A stretch of DNA of 64,000 nt from an uncultured Chloroflexia bacterium (GTDB lineage Bacteria; Chloroflexota; Limnocylindria; Limnocylindrales; CSP1-4). The stretch lies in contig CAVTXK010000002.1 in NCBI GenBank assembly GCA_963738685.1, positions 944,168 to 1,008,167 of the forward strand, given 5' to 3'. Positions within the stretch are counted from its first letter, which is position 1; each line of letters starts with the position of its first letter. The position numbers and the translations under genes are program-made. Under the pieces are notes generated by a model. The model ran no database searches and was not told the origin of the DNA. It was given only the letters and a program-made list of their open reading frames with translations. Shown in pieces: positions 34,356-43,876 of the stretch.

Positions 34356-35213
34356 ATGCATCCGGTCCTGGGGCAGGTCGGCCCCATCACGATCCTGACC
34401 CACGACGCGTTCACCGTTCTCGCGCTCGTCGTGGGCCTGTCGCTCTACTATCGCGAGCTGGCCCGCCGCGGCTGGCTGGACGCACGGATCGTTTGGATCT
34501 CGCTCGCGGCGGTTGTCGGTGGGGCCATCGGCGCCCGCACGATCACTGCCTGGGAGCACGTCGAGTACTACACAGCCCTCGATGGCGTGCCTCTGAGCCA
34601 GGCGATCGAGCGCAGCGGCAAGAGTCTGATCGGGGCGCTTGCCGGCGGCTATCTCGGAACGGTGCTGGCGAAACGGGCCTTCGGGTACACCCGGACCACC
34701 GGCGACTGCTACGTGCTGGCGATCGCCGTCGCGACGGCGATCGGACGTATCGGCTGCTTCCTCTCCGAGCTGCCGCTCGGGACGCCCACCACGCTGCCGT
34801 GGGGCATCGCCGTGTCGGCCGAGGCCGCGGCGGCGTTCGCCCGCTGTCCAGGCTGCGAGCTGCCGATGCACCCCTCGATGCTGTACGAGATCGCGTTCAA
34901 CCTGGTGGCCGTCGCGCTGATCGTCCGCTACCGCGCTCGCGTGCCGGTCGTCGGGGACACCCTGAAGCTGTACCTGCTGGCCGCCGCGATCTTCCGCTTC
35001 CTTGTCGAATTCGTTCGAGGGAACGAGCCGCAGGCCCTGGGTCTCACCGGTCCGCAATGGGTGCTGATCCCGCTGGGCGGGTTGCTCCTCGCCCATTTCG
35101 GCCGCCAGTGGTGGCGGCACGCGTGGCAGGTCCCCGTCCCACCGGGCGGCCGAGACCTGGCGCCGAGCACGGTGTCCGTCCATCGTCGTGCAGCAGGGAG
35201 GACCGGGCCGTGA
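34356..35213 (+). CDS. lgt: prolipoprotein diacylglyceryl transferase family protein (Lgt-like)
   Basis: I chose the ATG at 34356 after GGGAGG. GALAGGYLG, IGRIGCFLSELPLGTPTTLPWGI (compare the Lgt pattern GRIGNFxNxExxG..T.LPWG) and HPSMLYE. Confidence 0.75.
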   Translation: MHPVLGQVGPITILTHDAFTVLALVVGLSLYYRELARRGWLDARIVWISLAAVVGGAIGARTITAWEHVEYYTALDGVPLSQAIERSGKSLIGALAGGYLGTVLAKRAFGYTRTTGDCYVLAIAVATAIGRIGCFLSELPLGTPTTLPWGIAVSAEAAAAFARCPGCELPMHPSMLYEIAFNLVAVALIVRYRARVPVVGDTLKLYLLAAAIFRFLVEFVRGNEPQALGLTGPQWVLIPLGGLLLAHFGRQWWRHAWQVPVPPGGRDLAPSTVSVHRRAAGRTGP

Positions 35214-35740
35214 CCGGATCGCCGGATGAACGGAAGCCGAAGGATCCCTCGACCTGGATGGGCGCAACGCGCGATCGGGTCGGGTCGTTGACCGACTACT
35301 TCCTCGCAGGAGCCGAGCGCTACACGCCCGAGGCGCTGCGCCAGGCCGCCAGCGAGGCCGGATTCAGCCCCGATGAGATCGACGAGGCCCATGGTCGGGC
35401 CATCGAGCGCCGGCGCGACGAGGAGCTCGCAGGCCCGATCCGGAGGCGTGCCCGCCGCATCGTGCTCGTCGCCTACGGGCTGGTGTATGCCGCGTTCGTT
35501 GCCGCGTTCCTGACCGTTGCCTATCGGCTGGGAGCCGGCATCATCGCCATCATCATTCTCACCCTCGTGCTCCTGATCGCACTGTCGATCTCGCTGGCCT
35601 GGGTCACGAGCCGGCATCCGTCCGAGGATCAGGTAGAGGGCGCCCTGGCGGTCATGCTGGCCGTGCCGTTCGTGCTCCTCATCGCCGTGGCCGGGCTCTG
35701 CGTGGCGGGGACCACCCCAGGCTCGTACGGGATCTTCTGA
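35210..35740 (+). CDS. hypothetical membrane protein (paralog A)
   Basis: GTGA overlap with lgt. A soluble N-terminal segment (YTPEALRQAASEAGFSPDEIDEA) is followed by three to four TM helices. Confidence 0.6.
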   Translation: MTGSPDERKPKDPSTWMGATRDRVGSLTDYFLAGAERYTPEALRQAASEAGFSPDEIDEAHGRAIERRRDEELAGPIRRRARRIVLVAYGLVYAAFVAAFLTVAYRLGAGIIAIIILTLVLLIALSISLAWVTSRHPSEDQVEGALAVMLAVPFVLLIAVAGLCVAGTTPGSYGIF

Positions 35741-36249
35741 TGGCGTCCGACGCCCCTTCCCCGGCGCCAGATTTGAGCCCCGGAACCGGCGGGCAGCCGG
35801 AGCGAGATGCTCGCGTGCTGGCCCTCGCTGAGTACCTACGGGCCAACCGCGACGCCTTCACCGAAGACGCGCTGCGCCGAGCCGCCGCTGACGGCGGATA
35901 CGACGAGCGCGACATCGCCGCTGCCTGGGCGGTATCGGCGGAGGCAGTCCACGCACGCAAGTCGAACGCGAAGTCGATCCTCATCGTCATCGGCTACTTC
36001 GTCGGCGTCTTCGCATTGGCGTCGGTCCTCGCGGCGATCCCTGAGACCAGCATCCTCGCGCTGCCCGCGATCGGGCTCGGGCTCGTGCTCGGCGTGCTCG
36101 CCTGGCTCACGCTTCGGGACTCGAATCCGCCGCTGGCCGATGCATTCAGGATCGGCGTCATCATCCTGGTCGTGCTGCCGCTCGTCCTGGCAGTCGTGGC
36201 GTTCGGCGTGTGCATCGTGGCGATCGCGGGGCTGGGCGTGGCCCAGTGA
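35740..36249 (+). CDS. hypothetical membrane protein (paralog B)
   Basis: ATGA overlap with paralog A and the same architecture (FTEDALRRAAADGGYDERDIAAA followed by TM helices). Confidence 0.6.
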   Translation: MASDAPSPAPDLSPGTGGQPERDARVLALAEYLRANRDAFTEDALRRAAADGGYDERDIAAAWAVSAEAVHARKSNAKSILIVIGYFVGVFALASVLAAIPETSILALPAIGLGLVLGVLAWLTLRDSNPPLADAFRIGVIILVVLPLVLAVVAFGVCIVAIAGLGVAQ

Positions 36250-36358
36250 TCCCGCGCCATGCTCCTGGGTATTCCGGCCTATGCGTCGCCACTTGGAGGT
36301 GATGCAGGCCCGACGGCACAAACTGTTCCTGGCAACCCGATCTGGAGGCTGACTCGCC

Positions 36359-38234
36359 ATGCTGGCCCTTCGTCCCTACATGCCGCTGCGCATGGTCCTC
36401 ACGGTCTGCGGCCATTGCTTCAGCGAGGACCCCGACCGCGAGATCGACTACGAGACGGACATCCTCCAGGGCAACCTCGTGGCGATGGACGGGGCCGTCT
36501 ACCTGCGTCGGATCTGCCGGCGCGGGCACGGCGAGGTGATGAGCCTGTACGAGGAGGACCACGGTCGGTGGGAGTACCTCCAGCAATGGCGCATGCCGAC
36601 CCGCGAGATCATCCCGGATACGGTCGGCAACGCCCGCCCGATCCCGATGGGCTACGCCGACGGCCTCGGCGACCTCCAGACCCAGCACTCGTGCGTCCTG
36701 CTGCTCGACATCACCGAGAACTGCAACCTCGAGTGCCCGACCTGCTTCGCGGCCGCAGCGCCCGGGGATCGGGCGGTTCGCGCGGTTGCCGCACCTGCTG
36801 CGTTCGCTCGACGCGGCCATCGCGCGTGAGGGCGGCCGGGTCGACGTCCTGATGCTGTCCGGCGGCGAGCCGACCGTCCATCCCGAGGTCCTCGAGATCA
36901 TCGAGGCCGCGACGGAACGGAACGTGACCCGCGTGGTCCTGAACACGAACGGGGTCCGTATCGCGAAGGACGACCGGTTCGTCGCAGCGCTCGGGCGGAT
37001 GCGCGGCCGTGTCGAGGTCTACCTCCAGTTCGACGGGTTCGAGCTGGCATCGCACCTCTATCACCGGGGCGAGGACCTGCGGGCGGTCAAGACGGCCGCC
37101 CTGGAGCGGCTCGCGGCAGAGCGCGTCTTCACGACGCTGGCCGTGGCCGTCGCGGACGAGGTCAACGACCACGAGGTCGGAGCGATCGCCGAGTACGCCC
37201 TCGCCACCGACTACATCGCCGGCGTCGCCTTCCAGCCGGTGTTCGGCTCGGGCCGGGCGAACCCGATCGACCCGATGCGCCGGGTCACGACGACCGGCAC
37301 GCTCCGCCGGCTGGGGGAACAGACCGCGGACCGGGTCGGCGCCGACGACTTCATCGCGCTGCCGTGCTCGCACCCGGACTGCTCGTCGATCACCTACTTC
37401 GTCCGCGGCGACAGCGGGGAGTGGCGGTCGGTGCCGCGGATGCTGGGAACGGACCGGCTCAAGGAGTACCTCGGGCTCGTCTCCAACCGGATCGCTCCCG
37501 ACGACGCGATGTGGACGGCCCTCGTCGGGATGATGTCCGAGACGACGCTGGTGTCCCGCCCGGAGCTCGTGGACCACCTGCTGCGGGTCTGCGAGGCGTG
37601 CGACCTCGGCGTGACCGGCTTCCTGAAGAGCCTGGGCCGCTGGATGTTCGATCGCGACGCCGCGGTCGAGGAGATCGCCCTGCGCGTCAAGCGCTTCTCG
37701 GTCAAGTCGTTCATGGATGCCTGGACCCTCAACATCGAGCGGCTCCAGCAGTGTTGCGTCCACGTCGGCTCCACGGACGGCGAAGCGAACCCGGTGCGCG
37801 TGCCGTTCTGTGCCCGGCAGCTGTTCGGCGGGCTGCGGCGGACGACCTCGGCCGGGATGGTCCCCGCCCGCGAGCTGGTCCAGTTGGACGATGTTCGCGG
37901 GACGCCGCGCGGCGGTGCCCTCGTGAGTACGGTGGGCCCGGGCACCTACATCCGGCCGCCGTTGTCTCGTCCCGAGAAGTACGAGCGGCTGGCGTTCACG
38001 TTCTGCCGGATGGGCACGGTCGGGCTGATCGCCTGGCTCGTGGGCCCGGCCGTGTTCGTGCTCGTCGTCGCCCTCGTCGCCATCGTCCTGTATGGCCGGG
38101 CGATGAGCCTCGGGGTCGGCTGGTCGAAGTGCTTCCTGCGCCGCCCGACGCTGATCATCGGCTTCTGGGCGGCGGTCGCGCTCGTCGACGCGTACTGGAT
38201 CTTCGCCCTGGGGCAGCGCCTGCCGGTCATGTAG
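36359..38234 (+). CDS. radical SAM protein of the MJ0619 / tetraether-synthase (Tes, GDGT-MAS) class D family, with two C-terminal TM helices (apparent frameshift in CCCGGGG 36761-36767)
   Basis: - N-terminal zinc-ribbon-like CGHCF...AVYLRRICRRGHGE.
- Radical SAM cluster motif DITENCNLECPTCFA.
- After the frame change: LMLSGGEPTVHPE, VVLNTNGVRI and VYLQFDGFE.
- C-terminal FMDAWTLNIERLQQCCVHV...VRVPFCARQ, compared from memory with the MJ0619 pattern [31 protein letters not shown].
- Then hydrophobic helices. Confidence 0.78.
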
Positions 38235-38316
38235 GAGCCGCGGCAGGAACCGGGCCGCGGCACTGTCCCGGCCTAGCCGTCGCGAAATCGCCGCCCAGCC
38301 GCTTCCCACCGCCGCC

Positions 38317-38520
38317 TGTGCTTCCCAGTCGGCAGCACTGTATCGAGTGGGCTCGGCACGCGTCCCTCGGGCCAGGACGTGCTTCCCAGTCGGCCGAGTT
38401 GCATCGAAAGGGACCGGCACGGTGCCCGCCGACGCCAGAACGTGCTTGTCCGGCCCATGATTCGCCGTGCGCGGGGTCGGCGCCGCTTTCGGCACGCTCC
38501 TGCCGCGTGGGAAGCACGGA
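38317..38520. repeat. three ~60-bp degenerate direct repeats starting gtgcttcccagtcggc, closed by an inverted copy (gtgggaagcac)
   Basis: Units begin at about 38318, 38378 and 38441. The first two share a 16-nt identical head and a conserved ...catcga..ggg..cggcacg core. Region 38507-38517 is the reverse complement of the head. The region looks non-coding. Confidence 0.6.
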
Positions 38521-38632
38521 CGAGGCCCGACCAGGTCCCGGAGCCCGCCCGGGTCGCGGACCGTCCCAGTTCGAGGCGCCGTCCCGGTTCAAGGCGCCGT
38601 CATAGGACCGGATCGAGCGGCCACCGCAACGT

Positions 38633-38661
38633 TTGACCCACCCGGAACCCTCCGCTACACT
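38633..38661 (+). promoter_or_regulatory. candidate sigma-70-like promoter for rpsU (TTGACC-17 nt-TACACT)
   Basis: Read directly. It would give a leader of about 100 nt before the rpsU TTG start. Confidence 0.4.
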
Positions 38662-38764
38662 CCGGCGGCTCTGGCGGCATGACCGTCGGGCACACGTCCA
38701 GGCCGGTCGGCCGCGCGCCGGACGTGAGCAGCACGAGACCCAGGTCGGAGGAGGTGAACACCGA

Positions 38765-38950
38765 TTGGCTGAAGTCCGAGTGGGAGAGAACGAGACGTTC
38801 GAAAGCGCCCTGCGCCGCTTCAACAAGAAGATCCAGCAGAGTGGCATCCTCGCCGAGGCTCGCCGACGCGAGCACTACGAGAAGCCCTCCGTGAAGCGCA
38901 AGCGCAAGGAAGCAAAACGCAAGAAGAACGCCCGAACGCAGGCCGGCTGA
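38765..38950 (+). CDS. rpsU: 30S ribosomal protein S21
   Basis: TTG start 10 nt after GGAGGAGG. (M)[47 protein letters not shown]. Confidence 0.9.
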   Translation: MAEVRVGENETFESALRRFNKKIQQSGILAEARRREHYEKPSVKRKRKEAKRKKNARTQAG

Positions 38951-39027
38951 GCGGGTCCCCCGCCACGACGGAACCCCTGCGGCCCCACGGGCGTTCGCTC
39001 AACGACCGCCCGAGGTAGCCAAGACCG

Positions 39028-39509
39028 GTGTCCCTTCGCGACCGACTCCAGGACGACATCACCGCTGCGATGCGCAGCGGTGATTCGCTGCGCCGCGACG
39101 TCCTGCGCATGGCGGCGAGCGCCGCCTACAACGTCGAGAAGCGCAACCAGAAGCCGCTGACCGACGACGAGTTCCTCGGCGGTGCTGACCCGCGAGGTCA
39201 AGACACGGCGCGAATCGGTCGAGGCGTACACGACGGCCGGTCGCGCGGACCTCGCCGCCAAGGAGCAGGCCGAGATCGCGATCCTCACCGAGTACCTCCC
39301 GGAGGCGCTCGGCGAGGAGGAGATCCATGCCCTGGTCGACGAGGCCGTCGCCTCGACCGGGCGCCACGAGCCCGCGCGACATGGGCAAGGTCATGGGCTG
39401 GCTCTCGCCGCGCATCCGCGGCCGTGCCGACGGCAAGATCGTGAGCGGCATCGTCGCCAGCCGCCTCGCCGCGGCCGACCTCGCCGCCCACGACGGCGGG
39501 ACGCACTGA
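39028..39509 (+). CDS. yqeY: GatB/YqeY domain-containing protein (two apparent 1-nt insertions, ~39180 and GGG 39359-39361)
   Basis: MSLRDRLQDDITAAMRSGDSLRRDVLRM...DDEFLG | VLTREVKTRRESVEAYTTAGRADLAAKEQAEIAILTEYLP...ASTG | ATSPRDMGKVMGWLSPRIRGRADGKIVSGIV. The three frames joined give a normal YqeY of about 150-160 aa. Confidence 0.8.
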
Positions 39510-39526
39510 GCACCGGCGATGGACGG

Positions 39527-41705
39527 ATGCTGACCCAACGCGCCCCGGTCCTCGCCCGATTCACGCGCAACGATGCGACGCGCCTCGGGATCGCCGCGGC
39601 GATCCTCATCCTGGTGATGACCGCCATCCTCGCGGCCGATCTCCTGCCCGAGGAGACGATCCAGTACCAGCCGGACGATGTCGCCCGATCGCGATATCGT
39701 CGCGCCCCGGGCGATCTCGTTCGACAGCGCGGCGCTGACCGAGCAGGCGCGAGGCCGACGCCCGCGAGGCGGTCCCGCCGCAGTACACCTACACGACCGA
39801 CAAGGCGATCGCCATCGCCGCGGAGCAGGCGCAAGGCCTTCGACGCGCGGGTCGCGCGGATCGACACGGCGTTCGGCGCCGACCTGACTCCCGAGGAGCG
39901 AACGTCGATCCTCGAGGTCGCCGTGCCGGACCTCCCGGAGACGGTCCGCGACACGCTCGTCGCGCTCGACGCGGCCGCCTGGGCGGCGATCCGGACCGAG
40001 GCGGCGCGCATCCTCGACCGGACGGTCAGCGTCGAGCTGCTCGACACGGACGTGCGAGGAGCGCCGGACCGCGGCTCGCCGGGCGGATGACCGGCGGCCT
40101 CAACGAGGCCGAGCGGATGCTCGGTGCGGAGCTCATCGCCCCGCTCGTCGTGGCGAACTCCTCGTTCGATCAGGGCCTCTGGGATGCCGCGCGGGAGCGC
40201 GCCGCCGCCGCGGTCGAGCCCGTGCGCGTCAACGTCGCGCTCGGCGAGGTCGTGGTCCGCAACGGCGAGCGGCTGGACGCCGCCGATATCGAGACGATCG
40301 ACGAGCTCGGCATCGGCGAGACCACTCCGGACATCGTCGAGCTTCGCCGGCTGGTTGCTGCTGTCCGTCCTCGTCGTGGCGATGCTGCTCGCGTGGATCT
40401 GGCGCTTCCGCCCCACCCTCTGGCACCGCAACAACGTCCTGCGTGCTCATCGGCCTCCTGCTGGCCGGATCGACGCTGGCGCTCAAGGTCACCGCTGGGC
40501 GGGCGGTCCTCGGCTTCTTCCTGCCGACCGCGGCGATCGGGATGCTGCTCGCGATCCTGCTCGACGCCTCGGTCGCGACGGTCGTCATCGCGGTCATCGC
40601 GATCATCGGCGGGGCGCTGAACGACAACTCGCTCGAGTTCGCGGCCTACACGTTCCTCGGCGGGATGGCCGGGATCATCGCGGTTCGCAAGGGCGATCGC
40701 CTCCAGGTGTTCGTCCAGGCCGCGATCGCCGTGTTCGTCGTCAATGCCCTGGTCGTGTCGGTCTTCTCGCTGCTCGGGGCGCGCGACATCCAGGGCGTCC
40801 TGGAGCTCTGGTTCGCCTCGGCCGTGGCGGCGGCGGGCTCGTCGGTCGCAGCGGTCGGGACGTTCGCGGTCCTCGGCTCGGTGTTCGGGATCCTGACCGT
40901 CTTCTCACTGCTCGAGCTGGCGAACCCGAGTCAGCCGCTCCTCCGACGGCTCCTGGTCGAGACACCCGGCACCTACCACCACTCGCTCATGGTCGGGAAC
41001 CTCGCGGAGCGCGCCGCGGAGGCGATCGGGGCGGATCCGCTCGTGACCCGCGTCGCGGCCTATTACCACGACGTCGGAAAGCTCTCGAACCCGCTGGCGT
41101 TCATCGAGAACCAGGCTGGTGCGGAGAACATCCACGACCACCTGGAGCCCGAGGTCAGCGCCCAGGTCCTCAAGCAGCATGTCGCCGACGGCATCGACAC
41201 GGCCTATGCCGCGAAGCTGCCCAAGGCACTCATCGCCTACATCCCGCAGCACCACGGGACCGCGATCATGAGCTACTTCTACGCCCGGGCTCAGGAGCGT
41301 GCGGCCGAGCCGTACGGCGGGCTCGGGACGGTCGAGGGCGCCAAGGCCGCCGCGGCGGTCGACGAGCGCAAGTTCCGCCATGCCGGCCCGAAGCCGCAGA
41401 CGCGCGAGGCGGCGCTGATCATGCTCGCCGACGGCGTCGAGGCATCCGTCCGCTCGCTGGCGTCGCGCGACGAGCCGGCGATCCGCGCGATGGTCACCCG
41501 GATCATCGACGAACGCATCGCCGACGGGCAGTTCGACGAGTGCGACCTCACGCTGCGCGATCTCGAGCTCATCAAGAACGCGTTCGTGCAGCAGCTCCTC
41601 GGCATGTACCACACCCGGATCGCGTATCCGCAGAACACGATCGTCGAGCTCGAGTCGCGACGGGCTGCCGCGGCCGGTCGCGGAGGCGACACGCCGGCGT
41701 CGTGA
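39527..41705 (+). pseudogene. pgpH: 7TM-receptor/HD-domain phosphohydrolase PgpH (YqfF-like cyclic-di-AMP phosphodiesterase), interrupted by about six frame changes
   Basis: The N-terminal TM and extracellular part are scattered over three frames, changing near 39690, 39747, 39832, 40050-40085, 40342-40345 and 40442. The 7TM block and HD domain are intact from 40443: YHHSLMVGNLAE, AAYYHDVGK, QHHGT, and LADGVEASVRS. Confidence 0.8.
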
Positions 41706-42245
41706 CCCGGCCGATCTATCGACCGCCCTGGCGGCTCGACGTGACGGTGCGAGATGGCGTCCGTCTCCCGATCGCGGCCGCCGCGCTGGCTGGAGTCGCG
41801 GCGGACGCACTCTCCGCCGCCGGAGCACCGAGCCCCGCCTCGCTCGGCCTGATCCTGTCGGACGATGCCGAGCTTGCGGCCCTCAACGCCGAGCACATGG
41901 GCAAGACCGGCCCGACGGACGTGCTGTCCTTCCCGCTGCTCGCCGCCAGAGGCATTTCCGCCGCATCCGGGACGCGTGACGCCCGGCACATCCGTGCCTC
42001 CGTTCCCGCTCCCACCGGGTCGTCGGCTACACCTCGGCGACATCGTCGTGTCCGTGGAGCGGGCCGTGGAGCAGGCCGAGGGCGGCCGAGGCGGCCAGAC
42101 CGGCGACGTCAGCTGGTCCGCGGCAGATGAGCTGCGTCTGCTCGTCACGCACGGCACGCTACACGTCTGCGGCTGGGACCATGCCGAGCCCGCGGAGGAG
42201 GCCGCGATGCGGGCCCTGGAGCGCCGGCTGCTCGGCGGCGAGTGA
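41702..42245 (+). CDS. ybeY: rRNA maturation endoribonuclease YbeY (apparent 1-nt insertion ~41941-41943)
   Basis: GTGA overlap with pgpH. GPTDVLSFPLL | PPEAF...HLGDIVVSVERAVEQAE ... HGTLHVCGWDH, which is the H-x-x-x-H-x-x-G-x-x-H zinc motif. Confidence 0.85.
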
Positions 42246-42295
42246 TGCGGCCGCCATGGCGCAACCCATCGGCGGCCGCGGGCGTCTGACCGGAG

Positions 42296-43051
42296 ATGTT
42301 CCGGATGCTGATCGGCTCGCTTCTCCTTGTCCTCGCCGTCGCCGGCTGCGCGCCCACGACGCCCCCGCCAGCCGGCGCGCCCTCCGAGGCGCCGCCTGCG
42401 GAACCGGCCCTCGCTGAGACCAGATATACCTGCAGCGAGCCCCCCGGGTTCCTGCCGAGCGTCCTGGACCAGCCGGCGACCGCCGAGCTCGAGGACCATC
42501 CGTCGGCTGCGGCCCTGCGTGCGGCGATCGCGGAGGTCGGGCCTGACATCGACATGCTGCCGGCGTCCGGGTATTGGCTCGTGCGGCGCGACGACCGGGT
42601 CGCCGAGTACGTCGCGCGCGATCCGGCTGGCGTCGACGCCGACTTCGTGTCCGCGTCCATCGAGAACGGTGCCGGCGGCTGGAGGCTCGGTGGCTGGGGC
42701 GGTTGCCGACCGGAGATCGTCCTCCAGGGCCTGAACCTGGCGACGTGGATCCTCGATCCCGACGTCCCGCCACCCGGCCCGGACGCGACGACATTCACGG
42801 CGTTGGTCACGGAGCGGACCTGCACCAGCGGCCAGGCGATGGGCGGGCGATTGCAGCCGCCATCGATCACGTACGGCCAGGACTCGGTGCTCGTCGTCTT
42901 CGCCGCGCGACCCCTCGAGGGCAACGCGTTCGACTGCCCGAGCAACCCATCGATGCGGGTCGTCGTCCAACTGAGCGAGCCGCTCGGCGAGCGCGACCTT
43001 CTGGACGCGGGCTTCTTCCCACCCGCGGAGCCGGTCGAGCCCGCGTTCTGA
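42296..43051 (+). CDS. hypothetical lipoprotein
   Basis: Lipobox LLLVLAVAGC|A and several Cys pairs. I recognise no family. Confidence 0.6.
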   Translation: MFRMLIGSLLLVLAVAGCAPTTPPPAGAPSEAPPAEPALAETRYTCSEPPGFLPSVLDQPATAELEDHPSAAALRAAIAEVGPDIDMLPASGYWLVRRDDRVAEYVARDPAGVDADFVSASIENGAGGWRLGGWGGCRPEIVLQGLNLATWILDPDVPPPGPDATTFTALVTERTCTSGQAMGGRLQPPSITYGQDSVLVVFAARPLEGNAFDCPSNPSMRVVVQLSEPLGERDLLDAGFFPPAEPVEPAF

Positions 43052-43180
43052 GCCCCGTCCGGCGCTCGCGCGCCGGTCCGGGTACCATCCTCCATCGGCC
43101 CTCCCGCCAGGCAACTCGCGACCGATGACGTCGCGGCCGGACGGGATTCGGGCCACATCGTGCTGTCCGCGGAGGCATCG

Positions 43181-43876
43181 TTGAAGGTCGTCGTCGGTCT
43201 CGGGAACCCTGGCTCCCAGTACGCCGGGACGCGTCACAACATCGGTTGGCTGGTCATGGACCGGCTCGCGGAGCGAGCCGGATGGGATGGCCGTGGCCGC
43301 CGGCGCGACGACTCGACGATCGTCGGCGGTCGATACCGCGGCCTGGACCTGACCCTGGTCAAGCCGCTGACCTACATGAACGACTCGGGCAAGGCCGTGC
43401 GCAAGGTCATGGCTCGGGAGCACGCACCGCTCAACGACGTGCTCATCGTCGCGGACGACTTCGCGCTGCCGTACGGCAAGCTTCGATTCCGCGAGGCGGG
43501 CAGCCACGGCGGCCACAACGGCCTGCGCTCGATCATCGACGAACTGCAGACCGAGAAGTTCAGCCGCCTGCGAGTCGGGATCGGCGACCCGGTCCGCAAC
43601 GGCCGCGACCACGTGCTGTCGAGGTTCGCGCCCGACGAGGTCCAGCGGCTCGACGAACTGCTCGATGCGGCCGCGGACGCTGTGGAAGGCTGGGCCCGCG
43701 ACGGCACGAGCAAGGCCGCCAACCGGTTCAACACGTTCCAGCTGCGCGAGGCCGATGCCGACCGGCTCGCCGCTCCGGGCGAGGTCGATGGGCCGCCCGA
43801 CGACAACGGCGTCCGCCGGACGAAGACCGGCTGGCGGCGCGTCCTCCAGCGCAACGACGGCGACCACGATGCCTGA
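43181..43876 (+). CDS. pth: peptidyl-tRNA hydrolase with ~45-aa C-terminal extension
   Basis: I chose the TTG at 43181, 5 nt after GGAGG, which gives (M)KVVVGLGNPGSQYAGTRHNIGW. Also YMNDSGKAV and GSHGGHNGLRSI. An alternative in-frame GTG lies at 43160. Confidence 0.9.
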   Translation: MKVVVGLGNPGSQYAGTRHNIGWLVMDRLAERAGWDGRGRRRDDSTIVGGRYRGLDLTLVKPLTYMNDSGKAVRKVMAREHAPLNDVLIVADDFALPYGKLRFREAGSHGGHNGLRSIIDELQTEKFSRLRVGIGDPVRNGRDHVLSRFAPDEVQRLDELLDAAADAVEGWARDGTSKAANRFNTFQLREADADRLAAPGEVDGPPDDNGVRRTKTGWRRVLQRNDGDHDA

